Assembly: GCF_006345805.1 (NCBI RefSeq)
Contig: NC_043004.1
Coordinates: 39,122,001-39,186,000, forward strand
Direction of reading: 5' to 3'
Origin: Octopus sinensis
Lineage: Eukaryota
Length of the DNA: 64,000 nucleotides
Shown here: positions 1 through 13,535 of the stretch, piece after piece
Layout of the letters: the number at the start of each line of letters is the position of its first letter
Numbering within the stretch: the first letter of the stretch is position 1
Program-made: the position numbers and the translations under genes
The notes under the pieces: model-generated
What the model was told of the DNA's origin: nothing
The model's input: only the letters and a program-made list of their open reading frames with translations
The model's database searches: none

Positions 1-656
1 CTGCAACTCAACTTGATTTCGAGCCGGGTCGTCTGCTGCTGGAGAGGACCGATCAGGTAAAGGACCTGGGTATCTTGGTGGATTCCTCCTTTTCGCCTTC
101 AGCCCAGTGCGTCCATGCTGCCAACAAAGCACGCGGAATTCTGTTCTTGATTCGACAGTCATTCGGAATGCTCACAGCAGCCATATTCCTACCACTCTAT
201 GTCACGCTGGTGAGACCCATATTGGAGTATGGGATTCAAGCCTCTTCTCCTTATCTCCTCAAAGACATACAGCATCTCGAAAGAGTCCAGAAGCTGGCTA
301 CCCGCATAGTTCATGGTCTCAAAAATTTGTCCTACGAAGAAAGGCTGAGGACGCTCGACCTTTATTCTCTTGAAAAACGCCGCCGCCGTGGTGATCTCAT
401 TCTCGCCCACAACATCATAAGCGGAAAGTGTAACCTCTCGAAAGAGCTGTTCTTCACTCCTGCTCCAGAGCGTCGGCTGCGGGGTCATTCCGAAAAGCTC
501 TACCTGCGACGATTTCATCTCAATCGAAGGAGAGGAGCTTTCTCCGTCCGGGTTGCGGATCCGTGGAACAAGCTGCCAGACGAGATAGTGAAGATGCCGA
601 CGACCGCTTTGTTCAAAGCCTCCCTGGACCTCAAGTGGCCTGAACTCTTTACATGA
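1..656 (+). mobile_element. CR1-type LINE, C-terminal part of ORF2 (post-RT region); the frame is open from the window edge
   Basis: Frame open from nt 3: ...DQVKDLGILVDSSF...LVRPILEYG...HLERVQKLATRIV..LSYEERLRTLDLYSLEKRRRRGDLI...RGHSEKL...FSVRVADPWNKLP. These are typical CR1/L2-group C-terminal motifs. No stops; GC richer than the background. Confidence 0.93.
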
Positions 657-717
657 ACACCACCCTGTACTTAACTCCATGTCCTTGAGCCAAATTAACT
701 AACTAACTAACTAACTA
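657..717 (+). repeat. Short 3' UTR and (TAAC)n tail of the CR1-type LINE
   Basis: taactaactaactaactaacta at 696-717, directly after the ORF stop; tandem-repeat tails are typical of CR1. Confidence 0.8.
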
Positions 718-899
718 GCAACATAGTTATAACGACATCAATTGCATCAATAACAACTTTAAACTCATCATATAACCAATACCTAGTTTTAATGAATACT
801 TTATATTAAGGATGATACATAATATCAAATTCTATAGTAAAATATACGAATGAGATGTACAGTTATGTGTACGTTTCAAGCAATATTAGCGGAGCATAA

Positions 900-1320
900 C
901 TGAGACAAATGGAGAAGTTTAAATGACACGGATTTGTAATCACAGTTAACGAGAAGCTGGACTCTGAATTGGGTACTCGAATTGCAGTAATTCACCGGCT
1001 CCAGCATTCGCTCCTCAAAAGAGAAAAGGTTGGTAAGAAAGCCAAACTCGTTGTCTTCAAATCAGTCTGCATGTCTGTCCTCATCTATAGTTATAAATGT
1101 TGGTTAATGACCGACAGTGTATGATGGCGAATATAAATGGCCAAAATAGGGTTCCTCCGAAGGATCTCTGAAATAACGTAACACTTCGGAGATTCTCAGG
1201 TCGAGCTGATACTCCTCTGCATTGAAATGTTGCAACTTCAGTACTACGGGAATGTATCTCAAACGTCACAAGGAAGAATTGCAAGATGGATTGTTCAAGC
1301 CGAGCCAAACCACAATTAAC
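900..1320 (+). pseudogene. Decayed RTE-clade LINE ORF2 C-terminal fragment
   Basis: One frame with stops: LRQMEKFK*HGFVIT..KLDSELGTRI...KKAKLVVFKSVCMSVLIYSYKCWLMT...MAKIGFLRRIS...LILLCIEMLQLQYYGNVS...RIARWIVQAEP. This matches the RTE pattern (FKYLG...ELDRRI...KLSIFKS..LTYG.E.W...FLRRI...QLRWFGHV). Confidence 0.8.
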
Positions 1321-1490
1321 GTAGAGATCGACCAAGATTAAGATTACTAGTCATGTTTTGTAATTCAGTTGGAAAGCATGCATAATGATGGTTGTTTCTG
1401 ACAGGAACCTATGGAGAATGTCCATCAGGACTTTATCCCTATAACCCTCCCAGAAATAGTAGTCCGAGAAGATGGATGGGTTGATAAAGA

Positions 1491-1606
1491 AACAGAGAGA
1501 GAGAGACAGAGAGAGAAAAGAGAGAGAGAAGAGAGAAGAGAGAGAGAGAAAAGAGAGAGAGAGAAAAGAGAGAGAGAGAAAAGAGAGAGAGAGAGAGGAA
1601 GAGAGA
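1491..1606. repeat. (GA)n / GA-rich microsatellite
   Basis: Direct reading. Confidence 0.95.
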
Positions 1607-2489
1607 TTGTGAATGAACTACTTGCACTCTTTATTTTATCTAACGAACTCATCAGATTTTCATGACTTTTCCTCATAGCCTCTTTCTGTTCCGCTCTATC
1701 AAACACTTTCTATATTCAATTTTTCCGTCTCTATCTCGTTTGTTCTTTTTCTTTTTCCTTATCCTTCTACTGTGTCTACTTTCTCCTTCTCTTCTCTTTC
1801 TCTTGTTTTCGTCTGTTGTCACTCTTGTAGCATTAAATTGCTAAATCTTCAAAACAGTAAACGTCTAATGTTTGAAGTAGCATTAGTCGAATTTGAGAGC
1901 ATCTGTACTATAATATTCAGCTTTCTGTTTCTTGCATTATATTTCCGTCGGTGTTAAATTTGCTTCCTATCCTCCCACTAATGCCAACTCAGATTAGGAT
2001 AACGGAATAAAAAAAATAAACTGTTTCAGAATCAATTCTTTCACTCTACTAGCGTCCATTAACAAAATTAAAAGAGAGATACCGTTCGCATTTTAGAAAT
2101 TACAATGTTACAAATTTTTGCGGTTTACTCTTCAGAATAATTCAAGTTCCACATCAGATACAGTCTGTTGTTTGGAAGATACTTTGCTGCCATCCTTTCG
2201 TCAGTTCTATGACATTGGGAACAACTATAATGTGCGATATTTTTTTAGAATATGTCGATATTTTAAACCGTATAAATAAAATAATAATTTTTCTTGTAAA
2301 AAAAACTCCATTATCTAAATTAGAAACTTAAAACATTAGGATTATGTCATACAACCCATTTATTATGTTAAATATTAATTTTTAATGTAAAAAAATAGAT
2401 AGACACATGTATGTATCTATGAAGATATAATATGGCTTTAAAAAAACGAATAGCCTTAACTCAGTTATAGTCCAATATTTAATTACCAA

Positions 2490-2640
2490 ATTAATTATGT
2501 ATTGGTTTATGTCTATCACTGTGTGAGTTGCCTAATAGTGGTTTTATCTCTAATTCATATTTTATATATTTATACTGAACAATTTGATTTAGTACTAAAT
2601 CTAATTTTTCCCTGTAAGTTTGGAGCTATACTCCCTATTA
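2490..2640 (+). repeat. Copy of an interspersed repeat also present at 59577-59812
   Basis: ctatcactg..tgagttgcctaatagtggttttatctctaatt and aatctaatttttccctgtaagtttgga..tatactccct recur at 59.6-59.8 kb. Confidence 0.75.
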
Positions 2641-2646
2641 TTATTA

Positions 2647-2697
<51 letters not shown>

Positions 2698-4704
2698 GAA
2701 AGAAATATTTCATATTCAGTTTCTTAATCGACCTAGACGTAATACGGTATCATATAATTTGCGGTGCTTCAGCGTTGGTGGGAACAACTATAATGTACGA
2801 TATTTCTTTAGAATATGTTGATATTTTAAGCCGTATAGAGGACCGCGTCATTTACAGAATTAGTAATGTGACAAATAAAATGTCTTGCCATATTTGGTTA
2901 CACCCCTTATGCAACGTGAGATTGTCTTTCTATTTCATCCTCCCAGAATCGATAACATACTTATGTGGCAAAAACTGTAGTCTATTAGACAGAGTGCTTA
3001 TGTATAAATGTACGCAGACGTGTGTAAGTACACATGTGAGTATGTGTGTATGTGAGTTTTTGTATGTGCGTTATTATTCATTCAATTAGCTTCTGGTATT
3101 CTTCTGCTGGTCTCAAACAATAATCTGCAGCTTTACACCACCTTGAATTCAGACATTGTTATTGCTATATGTAGAAACATTTCTGTTTACGACAATGCGT
3201 GATGTCAGAACAATAAAACAATCTCTCTCTGAAACGTAAATCAAGCTATTTTGTGGTCTCTAAGTAGCCTTAAGTGGTTTGAGCCGCTAAATATAAATGT
3301 CATTTCTATTATTACCGAGTCGAATGCGTAGAACCAATGTTCATTCACTTTCGGACTTCAGCTGGTTAAGTCTTAAAGGTTTAACCAGTTGATGTCTAGA
3401 ATGGTCTTCTGTACACTGACAAATAACGTTAAATACTGGTATGTAGCAATGACACAGAACACCATATATTCGAGGGGAGAACAATCAGTTACATAGGTCT
3501 CCATATTTGACTATTATTTACTACATCCAACCATAAAGGATTAAATGCAAACTCGACTTCCGTGGTATCCAATATCTGTACGTGAAAAATATTAAACAAC
3601 ACAAGGTATTGGGAAAGACTAAATCTCGATTTATTATATAGGAAGAAATCAACTGTTCAGACATAGTGCTTGGCAAGTACTTATTTTTATGAGCATCTTG
3701 AACACCATAATGTAAATTGCACCTCCGTGAAATTTGAACTTATACACCCTTGTCAAGAAAGAATAGTGAGATCTGGGAGTGAGTTGGCTTCTTTATCTAA
3801 CAAACTGAGTGACTACTGCCTTGTTCTTTCGCTCACTCAAAGAATTTCAATGTCTGATCTCATACTACCTCCTTCTTTATTTTATTAATTATTTCGAAAA
3901 TTTTAATAGTCAACTCAATACATGTTTTTAAAAAAGAATCTATGTTGCAGAGTGCACGGGTGAGAATTAGTTTTGCGAAGGAGAAATCTTCGGAGTGCAC
4001 TTTATATGTCAGTGGAGCATCACTGAGACAAGCAGAGAAATTTAAGTGTCTCTGAGTCTTATAAACCTAAAGAAACTTGCTAGGAATATTGGTCGACCCT
4101 CTACTAATTCTGTCCAAAAGATAATGTTCGATATTTATTCCTGTTTATGGTATTCCACCATCCACCCGTGAGTCTTCAACAATATAAATGAGTCTGGACG
4201 TAAAGTCAAGAGAATGAAGAAACCACAGATGTATGGCTAATAATTGTTGACATTGTATTCTAATCTTTCAAAACTCCTTTCATTCATTCCTTCATTTCCA
4301 TTTTGGCAACGTTCCGAAACATATAAGCAAAATGATAAACAAATAGAACCTGAATGAAATTTCAAAACGGAGCAGTCACTATTATTGTTGTTGTTGCTGT
4401 TGTAATTCGGGTTATTGTTGTTTAGTCAGTTGTGTCCTTTCTGTTCTAAAATATGGTAAATATTGGAGACTATGATGTTAACATCATGGCAAATGTATAA
4501 AATTGTATATAATGTATATAAGATTGTATAAAATAATAGTTATCAATGAATCTCCAAGACATTCGATCACCTAAAGTGTATGCTTGCATTCTTAGATGAG
4601 TACTATCCTGTAGTATATTTTAGAATACATAGATATAGTATTTCGTTTTTTGGATTTGGTTTGCAAGATTCTTTATATGACTTCGTGTGTTGAAGCATAT
4701 TCTG

Positions 4705-4992
4705 TTGTGTCAGGGGAGAGTCATTTTCTTTTTGTACCTTATAATGTAACACACTCACCGGTAGAATTTCCACATATTTCTTATTTTTATTTTCCTAAAA
4801 TTTTCGTTGCGTCTTGCAACCTTTTCAATAGTCTTGACTCTTGAGTCAAGACTATTGAAAAAGTTGCAAGACGAAACGAAAATTTTAGGAAAATAAAAAT
4901 AAGAAAATAAAAATAAGAAATAAGTGGAAATTCTACCGGTGAGTGTGTTACATTATAAGGTACAAAAAGAAAATGACTCTCCCCAGACACAA
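4705..4992. mobile_element. Palindromic (foldback) element with ~135-150 bp arms centred at 4841-4842
   Basis: ttgtgtcaggggagagtcatttt...aatagtcttgactc|tt|gagtcaagactatt...aaaatgactctccccagacacaa; a single diverged arm recurs at 54583-54701. Confidence 0.85.
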
Positions 4993-5159
4993 TAGATATA
5001 GTATATTTTAGAATAAATAGATAAATGCATACGTATACACACACACCGACTGGCGTACTCAGACAGGCATACACACATAAACACATGCGCACACACAAAC
5101 ACACACACAGAGTCCTGCATATGTAGAGAGAAAGAAAGGGCGGATGCAGATAGATAGAT

Positions 5160-5190
5160 ACATGCATGCATACATACATACATACATACA

Positions 5191-5224
<34 letters not shown>

Positions 5225-5280
5225 CATACATACATACATACATACATGCATACATACATACATACATACATACATACATA
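5160..5280. repeat. (CATA)n microsatellite
   Basis: Direct reading. Confidence 0.95.
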
Positions 5281-5903
5281 GTAGAAATTTTTATAGTTAT
5301 ATCAACTATCATGCATATTCTATAATATAAACTGGACATGGGCGATCGTTGTATGATTTCTTGTCTTGAGGTTCACAGCCAAACGGCTGAGTGGATTCGC
5401 ATGAAAAATGGCACACGGGTGGAGACGTGTTGCGGTTTGTATTTTTTCCTAGCACCCTAGTTACCGAGAAAATTCATTAAAACTTTTTGTAATAGAATTC
5501 CCCTGTTTATTCCGCCATCAAAACAACCAGTTGCTCACACAGCCAGCATATACCATTTCACTAGCAACAAGTGGAGTACAGGATGACAGTCAGCCAAACC
5601 TTTCGCTATGCTGTCTCTCTTCTTTCACCTCTTTGTGGGGTTAATAATCTTAATCTTTAGTTACAGTTTCTCATCCAAACTACAGAATAGGCAGAATTGT
5701 CGGATTAAGACAGTATGGTGTTTTGAGGGAGATTTGGCTGTTATTTCTACCAGGCCTAGCTACCATGTAAAAGTCTAAACTTAATTTTCATTCACATATT
5801 TGCAATTCAAAAACATTAACATAATCTTTTCCATAAATCAACTATTGTAAAAATTTTATACCATGACCTCACATTTTCTATGTATGTGTCTGTATCTTAA
5901 AAG

Positions 5904-5936
5904 ACGTCAATTATCACGACACATACCTTCACTCAC

Positions 5937-5989
<53 letters not shown>

Positions 5990-6373
5990 ACCCTCTTTCT
6001 CTCTCACATACACACGCGCAAGCACGCACGCACACACATAAACGCACACACATACACACATATATACACACACACGTACTTTTCATATATCTTCTTTCAA
6101 TTTCTGTTCTCTGCAAGTAATTTTTTTACGGATGCTACTGCTTGCAAAAGTAAGGATTAATATATAATTTCTTTCTATGTTCATTATTAAATCAATGATT
6201 TAATGATTAGACTGACGTCCAATAGAATAGCTCTCAGAAACAGACTACATACAAATACGTCAATCAACATGACACACACCTTCACTCACTCACTCTATCT
6301 CTCTTTCTGACCCTTTTTCTGTCTCACATACACACGCTCAAGCACGCACGCACGAACACACACACAACACACA

Positions 6374-6441
<68 letters not shown>

Positions 6442-6625
6442 CCTTTCATATATCTTCATTCAGTTTGTGCTCTCAGCAAATAATTTTTTTTTCGGATACA
6501 ACTGCTTACAAAAATGGGGATTAATGTATAACTTCTTTCTATGTTAATAATTAAATCAATGTTTTAATGATTAGACAGAGGTCCAATAGAATGGCTCTCA
6601 GAAATAGACTGCGTACAAATTCGTT
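5904..6625 (+). repeat. Diverged tandem duplication, two ~353-bp units with internal (CT)n/(CA)n
   Basis: Units start acgtcaat at 5904 and 6257 and share ttcatatatcttc...ttaatgattagac...gtccaatagaat.gctctcagaaa. Confidence 0.85.
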
Positions 6626-6929
6626 CCCCACAAATTCTGAAGCTGTTTTCTGACAAGGGATGCGGAATCAAGAATATTTTTTCATACAGCCGGAGGGTCC
6701 AATCGAAACAAGGGACCTGAAGTGATAAGTTTGAGAAAACGGTCTTAGCTGCTAGTATATATGTAAAAGACTAATTGGATAAATATGTACAAACACCGGA
6801 AGGAAGATAACTTTCAAATTTCAGAAAGTATGCGTCTAGAAGCCAGGTTTCAAATGCAATTCCAAAAGCTTGAATAACATCGAATCATACAGCCTAAAGT
6901 CACTTTTATGTGTTCACATATGGAATTTT

Positions 6930-6955
6930 GTATATGTATATATATATATTATATA

Positions 6956-7023
<68 letters not shown>

Positions 7024-7070
7024 CATATATATATATATATATACATATATACATATATATATATACATAA

Positions 7071-7146
<76 letters not shown>
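6930..7146. repeat. (AT)n + (GA)n microsatellite
   Basis: Direct reading. Confidence 0.95.
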
Positions 7147-7150
<4 letters not shown>

Positions 7151-8209
7151 AATGTATATATATTCGTATGCACACATATATATGTATACATATGAATTAT
7201 CAGCTACCAGTGGTGGTGTATCTGAATTATCAGCTGCCAGTGACTGATACTCCACTTTATGTTGGAGAAGTCCTTATGATGGCCACGGAATGTTCCGACG
7301 AAACGAGACAACGAGTTGGTGTTTTTCTTAGCCATGCTCTTGATGGGTTGCACGTGGAGTATATACCTTCTTCACCCATATTTTAAATTAGTGGCTATCA
7401 CGCTTGTGCAGTGTTTGTAATGCAGTCGAATGGTTTGAGTGGGTCTATAGATTACAGCATTTCAGATGAAGGATTCTTCAAGTAGGCAGTTATTAAAATC
7501 TAAGCTGTTACGCCATAGTATTGACTGGAGACTATGTCGGCATGTGTCAGCATCTATAAGGCGCAATACTTGGAAGTGATGTAGTCTAACAGGTTTCAGT
7601 AACGTTAATGTTGTGGAAATTGAAGAGTTTATAATATCGATGGGTTCTGAGGAAATGTTTAATTCGCACAGAAATATATATACACGGCTGTCTTCTTCAA
7701 TTTGACTAAGCGTCAAATCAAGTGTTTACGAAGCAAGCTCCTTACTTCGCAGCCTTGAGTGTGTGCGTGTGTGTGTTCATAGACGAAAAATACTTGATAC
7801 ACTCACAATATTGAAAGAAAGCTATTTTAATGTTATTTACTGTTACAAAATAGCATTTCAAAAACCTGACAGACTATCACAAACCTATGGACAAGAATTA
7901 TTCTTATGAGTATTTCGCGAATAAGTCCTTTCGTTGTTCAACTTTTCAAACACGTGTATTTCTCGGCAGCATTTACTAAACTATATATTACATAGCCTCA
8001 GAAACAGGATAGAATATGCAAGATTATATAGTTATATACACATGTAAAAATTATATGGGTGCGTATAAATATATCGCACTATGAACTATATGTAAATATA
8101 TATACTGCACATAAATATCTCAATATAAACACAGGTATATATTTGTATTTCTGTTCGTATGCATAACTACAAAGTAAATAGATTAACAAAAATATAACAA
8201 TGTAACACT

Positions 8210-8339
8210 GTATATATGTGTGTTTGTGTGTGCGTGTATGTGTATTGTGGGTGTGTGAATTTTGTGTATATATGTATATATATACACACACATGTAATTC
8301 ATATATATATACATATGCATGTATATGTATGTATAGTTG

Positions 8340-8370
<31 letters not shown>

Positions 8371-8428
8371 TATAGGCGTATATATTTATATGTGTGTGTA
8401 TGTAAATAAGTATATACGTATATATGTA

Positions 8429-8472
<44 letters not shown>

Positions 8473-8610
8473 ATATTATATATATATATATATATAATAT
8501 ATATATATATATATGCCTATATATATATATATGCCTATATATATATATGAATGTATGCGTATGCATATCTCTGTATGTGTGCGAGAGAGAGAGAGAAGAG
8601 AGAGAGAGTT
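8210..8610. repeat. Compound (GT)/(AT)/(GA) microsatellite
   Basis: Direct reading. Confidence 0.9.
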
Positions 8611-8746
8611 ATGAGTAAAATAAGATTTTCAGTTCCTATTCATTTTGATGCAAAATCAACTCAAAAATATTAACGAAGGTTAACCGAGTCAATTATAGCC
8701 TGAAGCCTTATATATAAAGATTGATAAAAAGCAAGCAAGAAAGAAA

Positions 8747-8917
<171 letters not shown>

Positions 8918-9604
8918 TGCATACATACATATATTCTATATAAACATTAAACATTTGTGTGTGTGTGTGTGTCTTCATAATATACCCTGAGGTGACAGTA
9001 TATATATTTTTTTCTTATTTTATTAACGAAAATAAACGAAAACTGCAGAAATTACTTCCTCAGTGTTTGTTTTATTAATATTTTTTTTTCTCAAATATCA
9101 TATCGAAATGAGTGAAAAGAGAAATTGAAGAAATAAATTGGGGAAGCCACGAACCTTCTTTAAACTTTCTCAATGCCGGAACCTGCTAGGCTATATATTC
9201 ATAGGCATGTTAGTTAATTGTTAGTGTGACTACATATATGTGTGCGCGCGTGTTTGTGTGTGTGTGGGGGGGGGTGAGTGTTTGTGTGTTTGTGCGTGCA
9301 TGAATGTGTATGCGTGTGTACATGTTTGTGCGTGTATATGTATGCATATATATGTGTTAAAATAAGGCTATTTTCTGTAAGAAAATCGTAAAGTAGTATT
9401 TGAACATTTGCTGATAGTTGGAGAAGAAAACTTGCTGCATACAAATATTATTATAAAATTTGTTTCCAACTGGGACTGAGAGGAAGGTAGATTCACAAGT
9501 CTCACACACGCACAAACACAAACACACAAACACACACACAAACACATACACACACACACGCACACGTAGGGACATATAAGTGTGTATGTATATATATATA
9601 TACA

Positions 9605-9898
9605 CACACACACGTACATTTATATACATACATATGTGTACATATGTGGTCACACATATACATGTAATATATATTTGTTGTATACACACATTAGATTATA
9701 CACACACATATATATGTATATATATATATATGTATGTGTAAATATATATTATATATATATATACACACACGTACATTTATATATATATACATATGTGTAC
9801 ATACGTAGTCACACATATACATGTAATATATATTTGTTGTATACACACATCAGATTATACACATATATGCATACATACATATATATGTATGTATATAT

Positions 9899-9944
<46 letters not shown>

Positions 9945-10033
9945 ACACGTACATTTATATACATATATACGTGTACATATGTGGTCACACATATACATGT
10001 AATATATATTTGTTGTATACACACATTAGATTT
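9605..10033 (+). repeat. Higher-order repeat: three copies of a ~90-bp cassette separated by variable (AT)/(CA) tracts
   Basis: cacgtacatttatat...gtcacacatatacatgtaatatatatttgttgtatacacacat(t/c)agatt at ~9611, ~9768 and ~9946. Confidence 0.85.
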
Positions 10034-10578
10034 ACTCTAGTAAAGATTTACTCCAATTCATGCAGCAACATGGATTTACTTATTTACATCCCCAATCCTG
10101 AGGAACTTCGTATGTAATAAATTACTCTCGCGCGTTAATTAATTTTGATTCTTTATGTTCTAAATTCATACGCATCCGGAGTCTTTTCTATTCACTTGGG
10201 AAAATTAAAAGTTCAAATCCTTTTTGCCTCATTTCCTGTATGAAAGGATGATAGCAACGTAATATTGGTTTCAGTGGTACTTATTACTATTCATACCGAA
10301 ATTATCAAAGACAAATCAACTTTGGTGGAATTTGAACTCAGAACGTAACGATAAACGAAATGCCTAACAATTCCCTCACCTAGTCGTCTTGTAGCAACGT
10401 AATACTGCAGCCATGTTTTGATTTGCGGCAATGAAAGATATACTTTGCTTTGGTGTAGAAGACATTCAAATGTACTCAAGCGTACCACTTTTATTAAGTT
10501 CTTACCTCGGCGTGTATTTCGAACATTCCTGTGGGATGTAGCCTGTATACGATTTGTTCTATAAATCTTATTTGATCA

Positions 10579-11180
10579 AAGGCGGCGATCTGGCAGAAAC
10601 GTTAGGACGCCGGGCGAAATGATTTGCGGTATTTCGTTTGCCGTTACGTTCAAAGTTCAAATTCCTCCGAGGTCGACTTTGCCTTTCATCATTTCGGGGT
10701 CGATTAATTAAGTACCAGTTACGCACTGGGGTCGATGTAATTGACTTAATCCGTGTGTCTGTCCTTGTTTGTCCCCTTTGTGTTTAGCCCCTTGTGGGCA
10801 TTAAAGAAATAGGTATTTCGTCTGCCGTTGCGTTCTGAGTTCAAATTCCGCCGAGATCGGCTTTGCCTTTCATCTTTTCGGAGTCGATAAATTAAGTACT
10901 AGTTACGCACTGGGGTCGATGTAATCGACTTAATCCGTGGGTTTGTCTTTGTTTGTCCCCTTTGTGTTTAGCCCCGTGTGGGCAGTAAGGAAATACGTAT
11001 TTCGTCTTCCGTTGCGTTCTGAGTTCAAATTCCGCCGAGACCGGCTTTGCCTTTCATCCTTTCGGGGTCGATAACTTCAGTACCAGTTACGCACTGTTGT
11101 CGATATAATCGATTTAATCCCTTTGTCTCTCCTTGTTTGTCCCCTTTATGTTTAGCCCCTTGTGGGCAATAAAGGAATAT
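10579..11180 (+). mobile_element. tRNA-derived SINE family B: head plus three tandem 184-bp internal units
   Basis: Head ggcggcgatctggcagaaacgttag; B-box-like gagttcaaattcc; units start gtatttcg at 10629, 10813 and 10997. Confidence 0.9.
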
Positions 11181-13210
11181 ATAAACCTTATTTGATCAAA
11201 ACCTCAGTACGAACATTGACTGCTTATCTTCGTTCTCTTTTATTCTCCGGTGATGGGACGTTAGCGATGTCTGCAGATCTTCCACAATAGTAACGCATGG
11301 ACCTATACGGGCTCGATATAGTTTTGTTGGTATTTCTTTTGGTTCGAAATTCTGAGTTCGAAATTCGAGAAAGTCAATTTTGCATTTCATTCTTTCGTAG
11401 GCGACAAAGAACCGATCGCCGAACATCAATATTCTCCTACCTTCACTTTCTTTCTCTTTCTCTGTCTACCATTCTCTCCCTCTCTCCACATATATATATG
11501 TGTGTGTGTGTGTGTGCATTTATATGTGTGTGTATGTATATATATATGTATATATGTGTGTATATGTATGCATATGTATGTATATATGTGTATGTATATA
11601 CATACATACATACATATATATATATATATATGAATCATAGGTTTAAGAAAGGAACATTCACATCGCAGCCGCAACCAATCATTTAATCACTTCTCTCTGT
11701 ACTTTTTATAAGAAAGAAATTTGAAGAAGCAGAAAGAAATAGAAACTCTACGGATGTACACCAGTGGATGTATTCCATTGATGATTGAATGTCTACCAAT
11801 CAACTGAACAGTTTTCTTTTGAATGCAGCCTAGAATATTCGTTTTGTAAGCAGAATCAATGTTGTAAATATGTAAATATATGTGTACAACATACTAATAT
11901 GACAAGGGAAAATACTTCATAGACGTGTTCTACATAAGAAATACAAACATAGCAAGGTTGTATCTATGCAACATAGTAAGATGCAAAAAACCTGCTTAAA
12001 GGATTTTATCGTGATAATTAGTAAAAAAAAATGTATTTAAACTCACTTCGGAGGCGTTTAATGTCTAAAAAAAAATGGGACCGTGATGGTGTCTAAATGG
12101 TGTCTTGATTGAACATTTCGGAAAATATACACAATAGAGGCTAGAGTATACTTGACCTTTAAAGTTAACTGGTTAAAGTAGCACATGTGTTTCTGTGTTA
12201 TGAAATCGCTTCAGGGAAGTCTATTTCACATTCCTGACAAGACTCAGAGTATACACCGAGCCAGCAATGATAACCATATACTATCAGTCTCTAAATAAGA
12301 GTGTAATCTTTAGGGTATACAAAGAAATGTGTATGTACTCTTCATTGGATATAATCAGATATTGTGAAACTTTGGATTGGTAGGAACCTTGACGCTTTTC
12401 AATAAGCGATCTTCATGTGAAGATTGACTTTAAAACATTATTGTTTTACTGATGTAAGTAGCAATTATGTCGTTGTGCTCTTGACAAAATCTCCCTTTTT
12501 CCCTCTACCTTTCAGTCTCTCTCTCTTTCTTTCTCTCTGCTTCTCTCTCTCTCTCTCTTACTTTCTCTGATACACATGCACAACACCTATACAGACTGAT
12601 CTACTTATCATACAGCATTACTCATATATAAAATATAGTAGTTAATTTTTCATTTCAATTTTACCACAGTTCATCTTAGTTGCCAGTTTCAAGTAAGATA
12701 TGAATATAACAGCTTTTAATTTTATTTATGTACATGCTTTCCTAGTTTTCTTTTCTCTGTGCAGTAGCTTGCCACTAGTTCTTTTAAATTAGTCTTACTT
12801 GATACCAGTTTAAAGTTTAGAATTTTGTTTGGTATATAACTTAATAATTTCCTTCTTTCAAATTAACTAGCTTTAGATCTGATATCTATGTTAAATTTCA
12901 ATTCAGTTTATCATCATTAACTTTCAGCCTAAGTACAGGATGTACCGAGTTATATATCCTCTCACCTGTCTAGTCATCGTAATTGGTTATTCGTAGAAGT
13001 TTTTTGCTGATATCCATAATTTCTTCATCTTACGTAATTTTCAAAAATTCTCAGTTTGAATCTGTAATTTTCTAAATGGTTTTTAATAAAACTATCTGCG
13101 TCGGATAAATTTTAAGTCTATTATATGCATTTTAAAAGAATGCCCATGAGCTCATTTTGATTCGTTACTTCGTTTTAGCCGCCTCATTCCCCCATCTGGA
13201 TTGAGTACTC

Positions 13211-13461
13211 CTTTACTCTTTTACTTGTTTCAGTCATTTTACTGTAGCCATGCTGGAGCACCGCTTTTAGTCGAGGAAATCGACCCCATGAGTTATTCTT
13301 TGTAAGCTTAGTACTTATTCTGTCAGTCTATTTTACCGAACCGCTAAGTTACGGTTAACTTAGCGTAACTTATCAGCACCGGTTGTCAAGCGATGTTAGG
13401 GGGACAAACACAGACACACAAGCACACACACACACACAGACACACAAGCACACACACAAAC

Positions 13462-13535
<74 letters not shown>

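Noticed and set aside
7180-7720. Possible exons ([10 protein letters not shown]...; MKDSSSRQ...)
   Set aside because: Short, closed by stops, no homology I can recognise and no consistent splice pattern.
10629-11180. Regularly spaced repeats as a CRISPR-like array (also 41347-42096)
   Set aside because: Units are 184 or 362 bp, near-identical throughout with no unique spacers; eukaryotic TE-derived.
11196-11429. 77-aa minus-strand ORF that looks protein-like
   Set aside because: It overlaps a degenerate family-B SINE block (ttctgagttcgaaattc...tttcattctttcg); no recognisable motif.
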